A DNA stretch of 64,000 bases from Archaeoglobales archaeon (GTDB lineage Archaea; Halobacteriota; Archaeoglobi; Archaeoglobales; Archaeoglobaceae), in assembly GCA_030055595.1 (NCBI GenBank), contig JASFYH010000007.1:662-64661 (forward strand), written 5' to 3'. The notes under the pieces are model-generated. The model saw only the letters and a list, made by a program, of their open reading frames with translations, was not told the origin of the DNA and searched no databases. The translations under genes and the position numbers were made by a program. Shown here one piece after another: positions 1 through 10,923 of the stretch (its first letter is position 1; every line of letters starts with the position of its first letter).

Positions 1-323
1 ACTACGTAGAGATAGTCTTGCTCTTCGTCATTGTATGTTATAAACACTTTGCAATAGGGTTCTCTGATCCAGTATTCTTCAACAACTCTCCAACCTTGTA
101 AAGGTTTAAATTCGATCAGCTCTCCAAGTTCTTCAACTTTATACTCTTCTACTTTTCCTATCAGCCTCTTTCTTTCTTTTTTCGTTTCAAGTATCTCCTT
201 CTCCTTCTTAACCTCTCTGATTTTCTCTATCGCTTCTTCTTCGTATGGCTCAAGTTTTTCAGGTTCCTCTCCTTTTTCTTCTTTTGCCTCTTTCTTGATC
301 AATGCAATAGGAAATCTCGCCAT
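1..323 (-). CDS. 5' part of a gene that runs off the window; N-terminal region of a FlaI/GspE/TadA-type secretion (type IV pilus/archaellum) ATPase (tentative)
   Basis: Not in ORF track (no stop in window). Hand translation of minus strand from ATG at 323-321: MARFPIALIKKEAKEEKGEEPEKLEPYEEEAIEKIREVKKEKEIL...GWRVVEEYWIREPYCKVFITYNDEEQDYLYVV. A charged linker is followed by a YWIxEPY...YLYV pattern like the N-domain of archaeal secretion ATPases. Confidence 0.4.
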   Translation of the reverse strand, partial: MARFPIALIKKEAKEEKGEEPEKLEPYEEEAIEKIREVKKEKEILETKKERKRLIGKVEEYKVEELGELIEFKPLQGWRVVEEYWIREPYCKVFITYNDEEQDYLYV

Positions 324-359
324 TGTTTTATTATTGATCAACCAAGTAATTAAACTTTT

Positions 360-1613
360 TCATAATGATGAGTGGAAAAATGCAAACGAGCTAACTTCCT
401 CACACAACTTCTCCAAATCAACGTAAACAGGATTTCTATCTTCAAGCGCAATTCTACCATCTACAATCACATCTCGAACTTCAGAGCCGAGAGAGGAGTA
501 AACTATGGAGTTTACTGGATCGTAAATTGGACGATGGGACTGCCCGATCTCCATTATTACGAGATCCGCCAGCATACCTCTTTCAACAGATCCACTATCT
601 ATTCCGTAAGCTCGATAACCATTCCACGTAGCCATCTCCAAGTATTTAGCAGGATTTAGGAATTTTCGTCTCAACTGCTGAAGCAATGCAGAGATCCGCA
701 TTTCATTGAAAAGATTCAGCATGTTGTTGCTCGCAGCACCATCTGTCCCAAGACAGACATTTATCCCCTTTTCAAGCATTTCAGCAACTTTTGCTATTCC
801 TGAAGAGAGTTTGAGATTGCTTGAAGGACAATGAGCAACGCTCGAACCGCTTTTCGATATTAACTCCATGTCGCTATCGCTAAGCCAGACTCCATGGGCT
901 AAAACAGTATTGCTGTCAAGAAATCCAATTGAGTCTAAAAGCTCAATAGGGCTCATTCCATATCTTCTTTTTGCCTCTTTCACTTCCCAAAAAGTCTCGG
1001 AAGCGTGAATATGCTTTATAAATCCATTTTCTTTGGCAATTTCAGAGATCTTTGCAAGGAAATCTTTGGAGCATGTGTAAACCGCATGCGGAGTTAAAAT
1101 GCACTTTATTCTTTCTTTTCCATTCCATCTCTTGATGAAATCTTTTGCAATCCTCAGCTCCTCTTTTGCTCTATCATCATTTCCTCTATCCGCCATTCCA
1201 TAGCCGAGAACCGCTCTTATTCCAGTTTCTTCAACCGCTCTCGCTACGCCATCCATGTGGATATACATGTCCGCAAAGCATGTTATACCGTTTTTCAGCA
1301 TTTCAACACATGCGAGCTTCGCTCCCAAATAAACCGCTTTTTCGTCAAGTTTGGCTTCCATTTCCCAGACTTTTTCAAGCCAATCTTTAAGTGGGAGCCC
1401 TTCAGCGTATCCCCTAAGTAAAGTCATTGCGGAATGTGTATGAGCGTTAAACAAGCCTGGAAGCACAAAACAGCCTTCAGCGTTTATCTTTTCTTCTCCT
1501 TTTATATCTTCTTTACCTACATAGGCTATTCTATTCCCCTCAACTCCGATGTTATATCTCAAAAAGTTGCCGTTTATCAGGCACAGTCCATTTTTTATCA
1601 CAAGATCAAACAT
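360..1613 (-). CDS. mtaD: Amidohydrolase of the 5'-methylthioadenosine/S-adenosylhomocysteine (5'-deoxyadenosine) deaminase family (MtaD/DadD-like), paralogue 1
   Basis: 417 aa. Motifs PGLFNAHTHSAMTLLRGYAEGLPLKDWLEKVW, HASET, CLGTDGAASNN match my memory of TM0936/MJ1541-type deaminases. Confidence 0.75.
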   Translation of the reverse strand: MFDLVIKNGLCLINGNFLRYNIGVEGNRIAYVGKEDIKGEEKINAEGCFVLPGLFNAHTHSAMTLLRGYAEGLPLKDWLEKVWEMEAKLDEKAVYLGAKLACVEMLKNGITCFADMYIHMDGVARAVEETGIRAVLGYGMADRGNDDRAKEELRIAKDFIKRWNGKERIKCILTPHAVYTCSKDFLAKISEIAKENGFIKHIHASETFWEVKEAKRRYGMSPIELLDSIGFLDSNTVLAHGVWLSDSDMELISKSGSSVAHCPSSNLKLSSGIAKVAEMLEKGINVCLGTDGAASNNMLNLFNEMRISALLQQLRRKFLNPAKYLEMATWNGYRAYGIDSGSVERGMLADLVIMEIGQSHRPIYDPVNSIVYSSLGSEVRDVIVDGRIALEDRNPVYVDLEKLCEEVSSFAFFHSSL

Positions 1614-1659
1614 AGTCCTCCTTTGTTTTCAGTAGTTAAATTTTATGCATCTTAAAAAT

Positions 1660-2202
1660 CTATGAAAGTCGAACCAACACCGTGAAATGCCATATAGTAA
1701 AGCAAAAAAGTCCCAGAATTTCTGCCCCGATCATATTTTTTGCATAGAATATGCTATAAATTAAAGCAATCGAGCCTAAAAACAAAAGTATGGCATTAAA
1801 AATGGCTAAATTTGTATTTGTAGAGTTCAGATAGCCAGTTAAAAGACTCATACTTAGCAGAATCGAGACCAATAACCCCAAGCAAAGAGAGCTGTGAAGT
1901 TCAGTTCCCAACGGAAAAACCCCTATTAGGGTTGTGAAGGCATAGCTGGTGATTAGAAAGCTTAATGCTATCCTTCCTAAGGCGTTTGAAACTTTTAAGT
2001 AGATCATAGAGGATAAAAATATTCCAAGAATTCCCGCAAGGATAAGAGAATAGTTGAACATATTTGCAGTCGTATTAAGTCTTCCGAGTTCTCTAATGCT
2101 GTTTTCGGGAATATTAAAGTCTAAAATGACTGTTATTGCTGTAAAAATACTGATTATTGGAATCGCTGGGATTAAAAAGCACAGAATTCTGGAGAGCTCC
2201 AC
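1660..2202 (-). CDS. Integral membrane protein, unknown function (about 6 TM segments)
   Basis: 180 aa, almost entirely hydrophobic helices. No recognisable catalytic motif. Confidence 0.55.
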   Translation of the reverse strand: MELSRILCFLIPAIPIISIFTAITVILDFNIPENSIRELGRLNTTANMFNYSLILAGILGIFLSSMIYLKVSNALGRIALSFLITSYAFTTLIGVFPLGTELHSSLCLGLLVSILLSMSLLTGYLNSTNTNLAIFNAILLFLGSIALIYSIFYAKNMIGAEILGLFCFTIWHFTVLVRLS

Positions 2203-2297
2203 GAATTTAAGTTCACAGAGAGTATTTATCTCTTCTCAATTCCTGAGCGTTAAGCTTAAATACACTTATAATGCATAAGCATTCATGAAGGGATTAG

Positions 2298-2960
2298 GTG
2301 ATTGCTTTTGGGTTTAGGTATACGAGGGAGGAAAAAGGGAGAAATGTGGTGATAGGCGAAATAAAAACTTTCTCACCAACAAAGGGAGATCTGTTGAGAG
2401 GAAGAAACCCTCTGGAAATTCTGAAGGCATACGAGAGAGCGGGATGCTCAGGAATTTCCTATATAACCGCAAGCTCATTTAGAGGGAACATAGAAACTCT
2501 AAAAAGAATATGCAAAGAGACTACGCTCCCAGTTTTGAGAAAGGATTTCATAGAAAGCAAAACTGAAGTTGAAAGAACCGCAGAAGTTGAAGCTCGAGCA
2601 CTCCTTCTGATTGCAAGGATTCTGAAAGAAAAGACTCCAGAGTTTGCGGATCTATGCTTTGAGCATGGTTTAGAGCCTGTGGTCGAGGTTTTTGACGAAG
2701 AAGATCTTAAATTTGTAGAGAACGCTAAAACGGTTTTGATAAACAATAGGGATATTTTTAATCCTTCTGATGTGGACTTGAGCAGAACATTCAGACTTTC
2801 GCCAAAAATAAATGCATTCAAGATTAGCGGAAGTGGAATAAGCAAACTGGAAGACCTAAAAGTCTTAAAAGCTGTTGATGCAATTCTTGTTGGCACTTCT
2901 TTCATGCTCGCTGAGAATACTGAGCAATTCGTCAGAACTTTTGTGGAGGCGAAATTATGA
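2298..2960 (+). CDS. trpC: Indole-3-glycerol phosphate synthase (short N-terminus, GTG start)
   Basis: 220 aa. GEIKTFSPTKGDL matches the EIKxxSPSKG motif. First gene of the trp operon; its stop overlaps the trpD start. Confidence 0.85.
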   Translation: MIAFGFRYTREEKGRNVVIGEIKTFSPTKGDLLRGRNPLEILKAYERAGCSGISYITASSFRGNIETLKRICKETTLPVLRKDFIESKTEVERTAEVEARALLLIARILKEKTPEFADLCFEHGLEPVVEVFDEEDLKFVENAKTVLINNRDIFNPSDVDLSRTFRLSPKINAFKISGSGISKLEDLKVLKAVDAILVGTSFMLAENTEQFVRTFVEAKL

Positions 2961-3928
2961 TCGAGGCACTTTTTGGGAATTTGGATATGGAAAAAGCATA
3001 TGAGATTGCTTCAAAGCTTCCAGAACTGGACGAGATTGAAATTTCTGCAATCCTTGCTGGACTTGAGCTCAAGGGTTACAATGCTGAGATCCTTGCTGGT
3101 TTTAGCAAGGCAATTCTTGATAAAGTTAAGCTCAACCTTGGCAAAGTCTTCGACACCTGCGGAACTGGAGGAGACCTCTCTGCCACGATAAACGTGAGCA
3201 CAGCTGCGGCAATTGCGGTTTCAGTGTTCAAACCTGTTGCAAAGCATGGCAACAGAGCTGTGAGCTCGAAAAGTGGTTCTGCAGACGTTCTTGAGAAACT
3301 TGGCATCAAAATAGAACAGCCAGAGGAATTTGCGAGAAGAATGATCAACGAAACCAATTTTGCATTTCTATTTGCCCCCCTTTATCACAAAGCATTTGCT
3401 AAAGTAGTTGGAGTTAGAAAAAAGCTGAGGATCAGAACTATTTTTAATATCCTTGGGCCTTTAGTAAATCCCGCAAACCCAGAGCGACAGATCATCGGAG
3501 TTTCGAACGAAAAAATTTTGCAAGACGTTGCAGAAACCCTCAGCCTGCTTGGCAGGAAGGGGCTCGTTTTCAATGGTGCTGGGCTTGATGAGGTCAATCC
3601 GGGTGGAGAGACAGTTGCATATATTGTTGAAGGAAGCGTTGAGAGAATAAAGCTAATCCCAGCTGATTTTGGGTTAAGCAAGGCAAAGATAATTCCATGC
3701 AGAGACAGCGAAGATTCGGCAAATCGTATAAAGGCGGTTTTTGCAAATCAGGGCTTAGAAGAAGATAAAAAGTTCATAGCGATCAACTTTGCAACCGCTC
3801 TTTATGCATTAGGCTACGAAGATCTGAAAGAGAACGTGGAGATCTTCAACTCAAAGCTTGAAAGTGGTGAATTTTTGAGAAAACTGGAGGAGATCGTATG
3901 CAAAAGCATGAATATGTCGATCCAGTAA
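2957..3928 (+). CDS. trpD: Anthranilate phosphoribosyltransferase
   Basis: 323 aa. Motifs DTCGTGGD, KHGNRAVSSKSGSADVLE, FAPLYH. Confidence 0.9.
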   Translation: MIEALFGNLDMEKAYEIASKLPELDEIEISAILAGLELKGYNAEILAGFSKAILDKVKLNLGKVFDTCGTGGDLSATINVSTAAAIAVSVFKPVAKHGNRAVSSKSGSADVLEKLGIKIEQPEEFARRMINETNFAFLFAPLYHKAFAKVVGVRKKLRIRTIFNILGPLVNPANPERQIIGVSNEKILQDVAETLSLLGRKGLVFNGAGLDEVNPGGETVAYIVEGSVERIKLIPADFGLSKAKIIPCRDSEDSANRIKAVFANQGLEEDKKFIAINFATALYALGYEDLKENVEIFNSKLESGEFLRKLEEIVCKSMNMSIQ

Positions 3929-5130
3929 AGCTATACTCAGTAATAAGAGAGCGGGAGTCTCCATTTATGCTCGAATCTGCAGAAAAAACGGGGAATGCAA
4001 GATACACTTACCTCTCCTTCGATCCGCTCTACACTGTTGAGATCGATCAAAAACTCAGAGTTGATGGTGAGGTAGTTGCAGAGATCAGCGACCCTTTTGA
4101 AGCTTTAAAGAGCATCCACGTGAAGGGGATGCTTGTTGGTTACATTGCCTACAATGCTGTGCTCGGATTTGTTGGCAAAAAAGTTGAGGAAAAGTCGATC
4201 TTCAACTGCTATGACTCCTACTTCGTTTACGATCATTATCTCGGCAAGCTTTTCAGCTACAACGTTGAAAATGCTGAAAAGATCGTTGAAAGAGCCAAGA
4301 GAGCAAGCATAGAAATGAAAGAAGGTGGAGCAAGCATTGAGAAAGTTGAAGACAAAGAATACTTCGAGAAGATCGTAGAAAAGGGTAAGGAATACATTGA
4401 AGAAGGGGAAGTTTACCAGATCGTCCTTTCGAGAGAATACGAGGTTAAAAGCGATCTGGATCCGTTTGAGATCTACTTAAGGCTCAGAGAATTAAATCCA
4501 AGTCCCTATATGTTTCTTCTCGAATTTGAAAAGACATTAATTGGTAGCTCCCCAGAAACAATGGGCAGAGTTGAGGGAAGAATATTCAAGATCAACCCGA
4601 TCGCGGGGACTGCGAAAAGAGTTGTTGGAGAAGAAGATAAAACGATCCAGAAGCTTTTAAGTGATGAAAAGGAGAGGGCGGAGCATGTTATGCTTGTAGA
4701 TCTTGCAAGAAATGATGTTAGAAGGGTTTGCAGAGCGGGAAGTGTTAGGGTGAGCAGATTTATGGAGGCAATTGCGTATCCGAGTGTGATCCACATAGAA
4801 AGCGAAGTAGTAGGAGAGCTTAAGCCAAATGCAACGCATTTCGATGCCATGCGATCTGCATTTCCCGCTGGCACAGTCACCGGAGCACCAAAGCGTAGGG
4901 CGGTTGAGCTGATAGACGAGCTTGAGAGATCAAGGCGTGGGATCTATGGTGGGGCGGTTGGCTACTTTTCTGAGAATTCTGACACGGCAATCGCAATAAG
5001 AATGATCGAGTTCAACAAGCTTTGCAGGATTAGGGCGGGAGCGGGAATTGTTGCGGATTCAAAGCCAGAAAGAGAGTATTACGAGACCGAGAACAAGATC
5101 TCAAAGGTTTTGAAGGCGGTGGGTCTATGA
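3898..5130 (+). CDS. trpE: Anthranilate synthase component I
   Basis: 410 aa. Motifs SPYMFLLEF, LVDLARNDVRRV, PAGTVTGAPKRRA, RGIYGGAVGYF. Confidence 0.9.
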   Translation: MQKHEYVDPVKLYSVIRERESPFMLESAEKTGNARYTYLSFDPLYTVEIDQKLRVDGEVVAEISDPFEALKSIHVKGMLVGYIAYNAVLGFVGKKVEEKSIFNCYDSYFVYDHYLGKLFSYNVENAEKIVERAKRASIEMKEGGASIEKVEDKEYFEKIVEKGKEYIEEGEVYQIVLSREYEVKSDLDPFEIYLRLRELNPSPYMFLLEFEKTLIGSSPETMGRVEGRIFKINPIAGTAKRVVGEEDKTIQKLLSDEKERAEHVMLVDLARNDVRRVCRAGSVRVSRFMEAIAYPSVIHIESEVVGELKPNATHFDAMRSAFPAGTVTGAPKRRAVELIDELERSRRGIYGGAVGYFSENSDTAIAIRMIEFNKLCRIRAGAGIVADSKPEREYYETENKISKVLKAVGL

Positions 5131-5663
5131 TCCTCGTGATCGATTGCTACGACTCTTTCGTTTACAATCTCGTCGAATATCTCTCATTCTTTGACAGGGT
5201 GAAGGTTTTGAGCAGAGAAAATGCAAGAGAGGTTAAAAAATTAAGCTTTGATGGCATTGTCATTTCTCCCGGTCCGGGAAAGCCAGATAGGGAGCTCGAG
5301 TTTCTCTTTGAAATAGGAGTTCCAGTGCTTGGGGTTTGTTTGGGTCATCAGATCATTGCCGAGGTCTTCGGTGGAAAGGTTGGTAAAGTTAAGCCCGTCC
5401 ATGGAAAAGCTTCCATAGTTAAACACGACTCAGAAGGGATATTTAAAGGTGTCAAGAACCCATTTCTGGCTGGAAGATACCATTCCTTAGCAATTCTTGA
5501 AGTCCCGAAAGGTTTCAAAGTCACTGCAATGAGCGACGACGGAGTTATAATGGGGATCAGAAGAGGAACAATAGAGGGTGTGCAGTTCCATCCTGAGAGC
5601 GTTTTGACCGAAGAAGGTGTTAAAATGATCAGGAACTTCTTGGGGATCTGCAATGATCGTTAA
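5127..5663 (+). CDS. trpG: Anthranilate synthase component II (glutamine amidotransferase)
   Basis: 178 aa. GVCLGHQ nucleophile elbow and [12 protein letters not shown] overlap with trpE. Confidence 0.9.
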   Translation: MILVIDCYDSFVYNLVEYLSFFDRVKVLSRENAREVKKLSFDGIVISPGPGKPDRELEFLFEIGVPVLGVCLGHQIIAEVFGGKVGKVKPVHGKASIVKHDSEGIFKGVKNPFLAGRYHSLAILEVPKGFKVTAMSDDGVIMGIRRGTIEGVQFHPESVLTEEGVKMIRNFLGICNDR

Positions 5664-6249
5664 GATCTGCGGAATTCGTAGCTTGAAAGAGCTCGAGATC
5701 GTTGAAAGACACGCTGATCTTGGAGGAGTTGTGGTGAAAAGCAATTCAAGGAGGGCTGTTGGCTTAGAGACCGCAAAAGAAATTATTGAAAACGCTTCCA
5801 TTCCAATTTTTGTTGTTTCGACTTCTGAAAAGCTAAGCGATTGGGAGGAGATCTTGGCAAAGACGGAATGTGATTTTGCCCAAGTCCATGGAAATTTAAG
5901 TGTTGAAGAATTCGAAATCCTTAGGAGAAGCGTTATCACAATGAAGGCATTTATCGTTCGCAGTTATGAAGAGATCCTGCAAGAGATTGAGAAATACAGG
6001 CCCCATGAGATCTTGCTCGACTCGGGCTGTGGAAGCGGAAAAACGCATGACTGGAGTATAAGTAAAAGGATCGCTGAAATTTATCCAGTCATTCTCGCTG
6101 GAGGACTCAATCCAGAGAATGTGAGAAGGGCGATCGAAGAAGTGAAGCCCTTTGGAGTTGACGTTTCCTCTGGAGTTGAAAAAAATGGAATTAAGGACGA
6201 AATTCTGATTAGGGAATTTGTTCGGAGGGCTAAAAATGAGATTTGGTGA
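5653..6249 (+). CDS. trpF: Phosphoribosylanthranilate isomerase
   Basis: 198 aa. MIVKICGI N-terminus, [24 protein letters not shown]. Confidence 0.85.
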   Translation: MIVKICGIRSLKELEIVERHADLGGVVVKSNSRRAVGLETAKEIIENASIPIFVVSTSEKLSDWEEILAKTECDFAQVHGNLSVEEFEILRRSVITMKAFIVRSYEEILQEIEKYRPHEILLDSGCGSGKTHDWSISKRIAEIYPVILAGGLNPENVRRAIEEVKPFGVDVSSGVEKNGIKDEILIREFVRRAKNEIW

Positions 6250-7384
6250 ATTTGGCGGAAGATATGTTCCAGAAGTTTTGATTCCACCTCTTGAAGAGCT
6301 TGAGAAAGCTTACAACGAGCTTAAAGATGACGAGGAGTTCAGAAAAGAACTTGATTATTACCTTAGAAGCTATGCGGGTCGACCTACTCCACTTTACTTT
6401 GCAAAAAATCTAAGCAAAGAGCTTGGCATGAGGGTTTACCTGAAAAGAGAAGATCTTTTGCATGGTGGAGCTCATAAGATCAACAACACCTTGGCACAGG
6501 CTTTGCTTGCAAAGTTTATGGGCAAAAGCAGAATTATAGCAGAGACTGGAGCGGGACAGCATGGGGTTGCAACCGCAATGGCTTCCGCTCTCCTTGGGCT
6601 GAAATGCAGGATTTATATGGGAGCATTGGATTACGAAAGGCAGAAGATGAACGTTTTCAGGATGAAGATCCTCGGCGCTGAGGTTGTGCCAGTTGAGAGC
6701 GGAAGCAGAACGCTAAAGGATGCTATTAACGAAGCTCTGCGAGATTGGGCAGAAAGCTTTGAGACAACACATTATCTCATTGGCTCAGTTGTCGGTCCTC
6801 ATCCTTTTCCCATAATTGTAAGGGACTTTCAGTCCATAATAGGCAAAGAAGCAAGAAGGCAAATTCTTGAGCTTGAGCAACGTTTGCCTGACGCAATAGT
6901 TGCATGCGTTGGCGGGGGAAGCAATGCGATGGGAATCTTTTATCCCTTCCTTAAAGACAAAGTCAGGCTGATCGGCGTCGAAGCGGGTGGAGAGGGGATT
7001 GAAAGTGGAAGGCATTCAGCATCGCTTTCCGCTGGTAGCAAAGGAGTTCTTCATGGCATGCTTTCATATTTCCTTCAAGACTCCGAGGGGATGATTGCGG
7101 ACACGCACAGCATCGCAGCTGGGCTTGATTATCCTGGCGTGGGACCTGAGCATGCCTATTTAAAGGACTCCGGGAGAGTTGAGTATTCAATAGCTACAGA
7201 CAAAGAAGCTTTAAACGCTTTTCTGAAGCTCTCAAAGCTCGAAGGAATAATTCCCGCATTGGAAAGTGCACATGCATTGGCTTATCTTGAAAAGGACGAG
7301 AGTCTTAAGGGCTCGGTTGTGATTGTAAACTTATCTGGCAGAGGAGACAAGGATCTCGGCATCGTCATGGAGGTGCTGAAATGA
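6236..7384 (+). CDS. trpB: Tryptophan synthase beta chain
   Basis: ORF track starts at 6218. The ATG at 6236 ([13 protein letters not shown]) matches the usual TrpB N-terminus. Motifs [25 protein letters not shown]. Confidence 0.9.
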   Translation: MRFGEFGGRYVPEVLIPPLEELEKAYNELKDDEEFRKELDYYLRSYAGRPTPLYFAKNLSKELGMRVYLKREDLLHGGAHKINNTLAQALLAKFMGKSRIIAETGAGQHGVATAMASALLGLKCRIYMGALDYERQKMNVFRMKILGAEVVPVESGSRTLKDAINEALRDWAESFETTHYLIGSVVGPHPFPIIVRDFQSIIGKEARRQILELEQRLPDAIVACVGGGSNAMGIFYPFLKDKVRLIGVEAGGEGIESGRHSASLSAGSKGVLHGMLSYFLQDSEGMIADTHSIAAGLDYPGVGPEHAYLKDSGRVEYSIATDKEALNAFLKLSKLEGIIPALESAHALAYLEKDESLKGSVVIVNLSGRGDKDLGIVMEVLK

Positions 7385-8112
7385 TTGACAAGTCTTTAAT
7401 TGTTTTCTTTCCTGCTGGATATCCGAGCAAAGAGAAGACGCTTGAATTCATGCTCTATGCTAATGCGGACGTTTTTGAACTCGGAGTTCCTTTCAGCGAT
7501 CCAATAGCAGATGGACCAGCGATTCAGAAAGCCTACTTCACCGCAATCAGCAATGGCTTCAGGCTAAGAGATGCTTTCTGGATCGCAAAGAAGTTCAGAG
7601 AGCAAAGCCATAAGAAACTCGTGCTCATGAATTACTACAACCCGATCTATAGAACAGGAATAAAGAAATTCGTCGAAAATGCATATTCATGTGGCATTGA
7701 TGCCATGCTTGTCGTTGATCTACCTTTCGACGAGGCAAACGAATTCGTTGAAGTCTGCAGAGACATGGGAATGAAAAATGTTTTCCTTTCAGCACCAAAC
7801 ACAAGTGATGAGAGGCTTAGAGCCATTGACGAGCTTTCCGAGTTTATATATCTTGTTTCCACCTACGGGGTTACTGGGGTCAGGGATAAGATCTCTGAAT
7901 TGGCGTTCAAAGCACTTAGAAGGGCTAAGAGTGTTTGTAGAAAACCAATAGCGGTTGGATTTGGAGTCTCAAAAAAGGAACACGTTTCAGAGTTATTCCA
8001 AGCGGGAGCGGATGGAGTTGTTGTTGGAAGCGCGATCGTAAGGCTGATCGAGCGGTTTGGAGACGATGCTGGAAAAGAGATCGAGAGATTTACAGCAGCT
8101 CTCAGGTTTTAA
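7381..8112 (+). CDS. trpA: Tryptophan synthase alpha chain
   Basis: 243 aa. [17 protein letters not shown] motif. ATGA overlap with trpB. Confidence 0.9.
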   Translation: MIDKSLIVFFPAGYPSKEKTLEFMLYANADVFELGVPFSDPIADGPAIQKAYFTAISNGFRLRDAFWIAKKFREQSHKKLVLMNYYNPIYRTGIKKFVENAYSCGIDAMLVVDLPFDEANEFVEVCRDMGMKNVFLSAPNTSDERLRAIDELSEFIYLVSTYGVTGVRDKISELAFKALRRAKSVCRKPIAVGFGVSKKEHVSELFQAGADGVVVGSAIVRLIERFGDDAGKEIERFTAALRF

Positions 8113-8267
8113 TGAAGACCTAAAAAATTAGAAAAGGATCATTTTAAAAAATCATTCCAATTGAGAGTCTCGACTCCTGAAGCTATTTTGGCTGAATTGA
8201 AAAAGTGAGAAAATTATAAATATCTTAAACGCACAATGCTAAATATTAAAATTATGGAGGTGGTTAA

Positions 8268-9155
8268 ATGGATCTTGAACTGACACAAATACAGAAGGAC
8301 ATTCTGTATGCGTTGATAACGCTGTATAAGAAAAAGGCGGGCGGATCGATCAAGGGTGAAGAGATCGCAGAGCTGATAAATAGAAATCCCGGCACAGTTA
8401 GGAATCAGATGCAGGCATTAAGAGCTTTAGGGCTTGTTGAAGGTGTTCCTGGTCCCAAGGGGGGCTACAGACCGACATCAAAGGCTTATGAATTACTATC
8501 GATAACGAAGCCAGAAGAGAGCGTTGCGGTTCCAGTGATGGTTAATGATACCCTTATGGAGGAATTGTCTGTGGAGGAGATCGATTTGCCATCGATCTCA
8601 AATCCAGAGGTCTGCCAAGCGAGAGTGAGACTTTTGGGTGATGTTAGAAGGATCGTTCCCGGGGATCGAATTGTTGTTGGTCCGACTCCTGTGAACGAGA
8701 TCGTGGTTCAGGGAAGAGTTGTTGGTAGAGATGATACAGCAAATACAATTATCCTTGACATTGACAAAATCGTAGCTCTGCCAAAAGACACTGTTGGAGA
8801 GCACATGTCTTCTCCGATCATTTCGATCGATGCAAACGCAAGAGTAGTTGAGGGTGCAAAACTTCTTGCAGAGAGAGACATATACTGCGTTCCCGCCAAG
8901 AAAGAGGGAAAATTTGTCGGTATTTTAACCCTCGATCACATTGCAAAAGCGGTGGCTCAAGGCAAGATGGATGCAAAAGTTGAAGAAGTAATGCGTCCAA
9001 AGATCGTGCTTGTAGAGAAAGACACAAAGATCAGGGAAGCAATAAGGCTAATGCGAGACGAGAACGTTAGAATTCTCGTAGTTACAGATCGTGGAGAGCC
9101 TGTTGGAGTGATCACAGACCAGAAGATCCTAACAAAACTCGCTCCAGAGCATTAA
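8268..9155 (+). CDS. Transcriptional regulator: HrcA-type winged helix plus C-terminal CBS pair
   Basis: 295 aa. N-terminal IKGEEIAELINRNPGTVRNQMQALRALGLVEGVPGPKGGYRPT (archaeal HrcA_DNA-bdg-like wHTH). The C-terminus has two CBS-like units. GGAGGTGG RBS 5 nt upstream. Confidence 0.7.
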   Translation: MDLELTQIQKDILYALITLYKKKAGGSIKGEEIAELINRNPGTVRNQMQALRALGLVEGVPGPKGGYRPTSKAYELLSITKPEESVAVPVMVNDTLMEELSVEEIDLPSISNPEVCQARVRLLGDVRRIVPGDRIVVGPTPVNEIVVQGRVVGRDDTANTIILDIDKIVALPKDTVGEHMSSPIISIDANARVVEGAKLLAERDIYCVPAKKEGKFVGILTLDHIAKAVAQGKMDAKVEEVMRPKIVLVEKDTKIREAIRLMRDENVRILVVTDRGEPVGVITDQKILTKLAPEH

Positions 9156-9157
9156 TT

Positions 9158-10207
9158 CTATTTTTTAATTCTCGAAGCCAAGGCTAAGAAACTAAGAATT
9201 GCTCCGAAATATAGACAGCTTTTGTAACCAAAATTATCTGCTAAGAAACCACCTATTAAAGATCCAATAATCGTAGATAGATAGATCGTAGAATTCAGGA
9301 ATCCTGCGGAACTACTCCTTTCAACACTGCTTTCAAGAACCATTCTTAAAGAACCGACATACATCGCACTCCAGCCCAATGCGATCAAAATTTGGATAAT
9401 TAAAAACTCATGAACTTGTGTCGCAAATGAGTAGAATAGAAAGGCAAGTCCCGAAAATATTGTGCCAATGTTTAAAAGTAGATCTGGATTAAATCTCTCT
9501 ATCTTCTGCATTATAATGAATTGGAGAAATGAATTCATAAAGTATATCGCCCCGATCCAAAACTTCGAGATCCCAAGTTCTGAAAGGTAGATCGGAAAGA
9601 TCAACCAGACCGCACTTGCCCCCACATGACGAATTAAAAATGCAAAGTAGATCGAGAAGTTATCTTTTATGATCCTCATGGAACCCTTCGCTCTTTCAAT
9701 TCTCTGCTTTGGAATATCCTCTTTAAGAGCTATAAGAGATGCCAAGAAGAAAAGAATGGCTCCGAATGTGAAAATTCCATAGTATACCATTATAATACCT
9801 GCGATCAATTGTCCGAATGCCCAGCCTAAGCTTCCGAAAGCTGAAAAATACCCCACATTTCTGCCCTTCTCGAACGCGTAGCTCACAAGCGCAGCTGGAA
9901 AGATGCCGATTGAGAATCCGATTAGAGATCTTAAGATCAGCAACTCTATTGAAGTTGTGACCAAGCATTGGGCAAAGAAGAGAAAAGCAGAAAGCATTAG
10001 CCCTAAAAAGAGGATGAGCTTTCTGTTATAAAAATCAGATAGTCTCCCGAAGATGCTCGAAGCTATAAATGTGGAAAAACTATAAGTAGAAGCTATAAGT
10101 CCAACTTCTAAGTCTGAAGCTCCAAGCTCTTTCGCGAATACGGGAATAAATAGGAGCGATGAAGCTATTGCGATCTGAGTTAGAAAGTTTATGAGTGGAG
10201 CATGCAT
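9158..10207 (-). CDS. Major facilitator superfamily transporter
   Basis: 349 aa, about 10-12 TM helices. GRLSDFYNRK loop resembles the MFS motif A. Confidence 0.7.
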   Translation of the reverse strand: MHAPLINFLTQIAIASSLLFIPVFAKELGASDLEVGLIASTYSFSTFIASSIFGRLSDFYNRKLILFLGLMLSAFLFFAQCLVTTSIELLILRSLIGFSIGIFPAALVSYAFEKGRNVGYFSAFGSLGWAFGQLIAGIIMVYYGIFTFGAILFFLASLIALKEDIPKQRIERAKGSMRIIKDNFSIYFAFLIRHVGASAVWLIFPIYLSELGISKFWIGAIYFMNSFLQFIIMQKIERFNPDLLLNIGTIFSGLAFLFYSFATQVHEFLIIQILIALGWSAMYVGSLRMVLESSVERSSSAGFLNSTIYLSTIIGSLIGGFLADNFGYKSCLYFGAILSFLALASRIKK

Positions 10208-10254
10208 CAGTTAGAAACCTTGACTGGGAATTTAAGGATTAGGGATAAAAAAAA

Positions 10255-10608
10255 TTATTTTAAAACTCTAAAGAGTTGCTGAAGGATCAGGATCAATCTT
10301 TTTCCTGTATCGGTTAGCTCATAGGTTTCTGAGTTTTTGTAGATCAAGTTAAAATCCAGCAAGGCTTTCAGATGTCTATCTAAAATTCCGGGGTTGAGTT
10401 TAGTCTCAAACATCAATTGTGAGAATCTCTGTGGACCCCTCTGGAGAGAGAAAAGGATATCACTTACTCCGTTCCTAGATATCACCTTAAGAAACTTTTG
10501 TTGGTCGATATTTGCCTTAACTCCAAACAATTCTTCAACGGAGATCATATACATCACCACTATTATTGTAATTATCTTAGTCATGGACTTGTATTTAACC
10601 TTTTCCAA
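10255..10608 (-). CDS. Small winged-helix transcriptional regulator (ArsR/HxlR-like)
   Basis: 117 aa. DILFSLQRGPQRFSQLMFETKLNPGILDRHLKALLDFNLI is a wHTH recognition region. True start may be the internal MYMISVEE. Confidence 0.55.
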   Translation of the reverse strand: MEKVKYKSMTKIITIIVVMYMISVEELFGVKANIDQQKFLKVISRNGVSDILFSLQRGPQRFSQLMFETKLNPGILDRHLKALLDFNLIYKNSETYELTDTGKRLILILQQLFRVLK

Positions 10609-10677
10609 AAGTTTGTAATTAGAAAGTGGTAATTACTAATCGCAAATTATATAAAAGTTGGAAAAAAATATATCCCC

Positions 10678-10923
10678 ATGCAAAAAGGCAAATTTATGAT
10701 GATCTCCGAAACTATAAAGCTCTCTGTCTCTTTAAAAAATACAAGAGCTCTTATTATATTTAATCCAAAAGATAGAAGTTATAGAGTTGTGGACTGCTCA
10801 AAGAAGTCTTTTTGCAGGATTTACATATCCAAGAACTGCCCACCGTATTGCGAGATCATAGTGGCGGTCAAAGATTTTGCCCTGAAAAGAAGAATACCCA
10901 AAGCAGAAGTTGTAGAGCTATAG
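10678..10923 (+). CDS. Small Cys-containing hypothetical protein (81 aa), weakly supported
   Basis: ORF only. Four Cys (C40, C46, C54, C58). Divergent from the wHTH gene, with TATA-like AATTATATAAAAG upstream. Its 3' end overlaps the elp3 stop by 6 nt. Confidence 0.3.
   Translation: MQKGKFMMISETIKLSVSLKNTRALIIFNPKDRSYRVVDCSKKSFCRIYISKNCPPYCEIIVAVKDFALKRRIPKAEVVEL

Noticed and set aside
363-420. AATGATGA at 363-370 as a C box of a second C/D sRNA
   Set aside because: No CUGA D or D' boxes occur at the required spacing, and the site lies inside the 3' end of the deaminase gene. Other ATGATGA hits (10696, 19946, 22608) fail in the same way.
2459-2905. 148-aa antisense ORF in trpC, and similar antisense ORFs at 5487-5939, 23336-23716, 34878-35276, 38042-38422, 57327-57755, 59411-59770
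   Set aside because: Each is fully nested opposite a confidently identified gene. All have Ser/Leu/Pro-rich translations without motifs. They are shadow ORFs.
6218-6235. Six-codon longer start for trpB
   Set aside because: The ATG at 6236 gives the conserved MRFGEFGG N-terminus. The longer form only extends the overlap with trpF.
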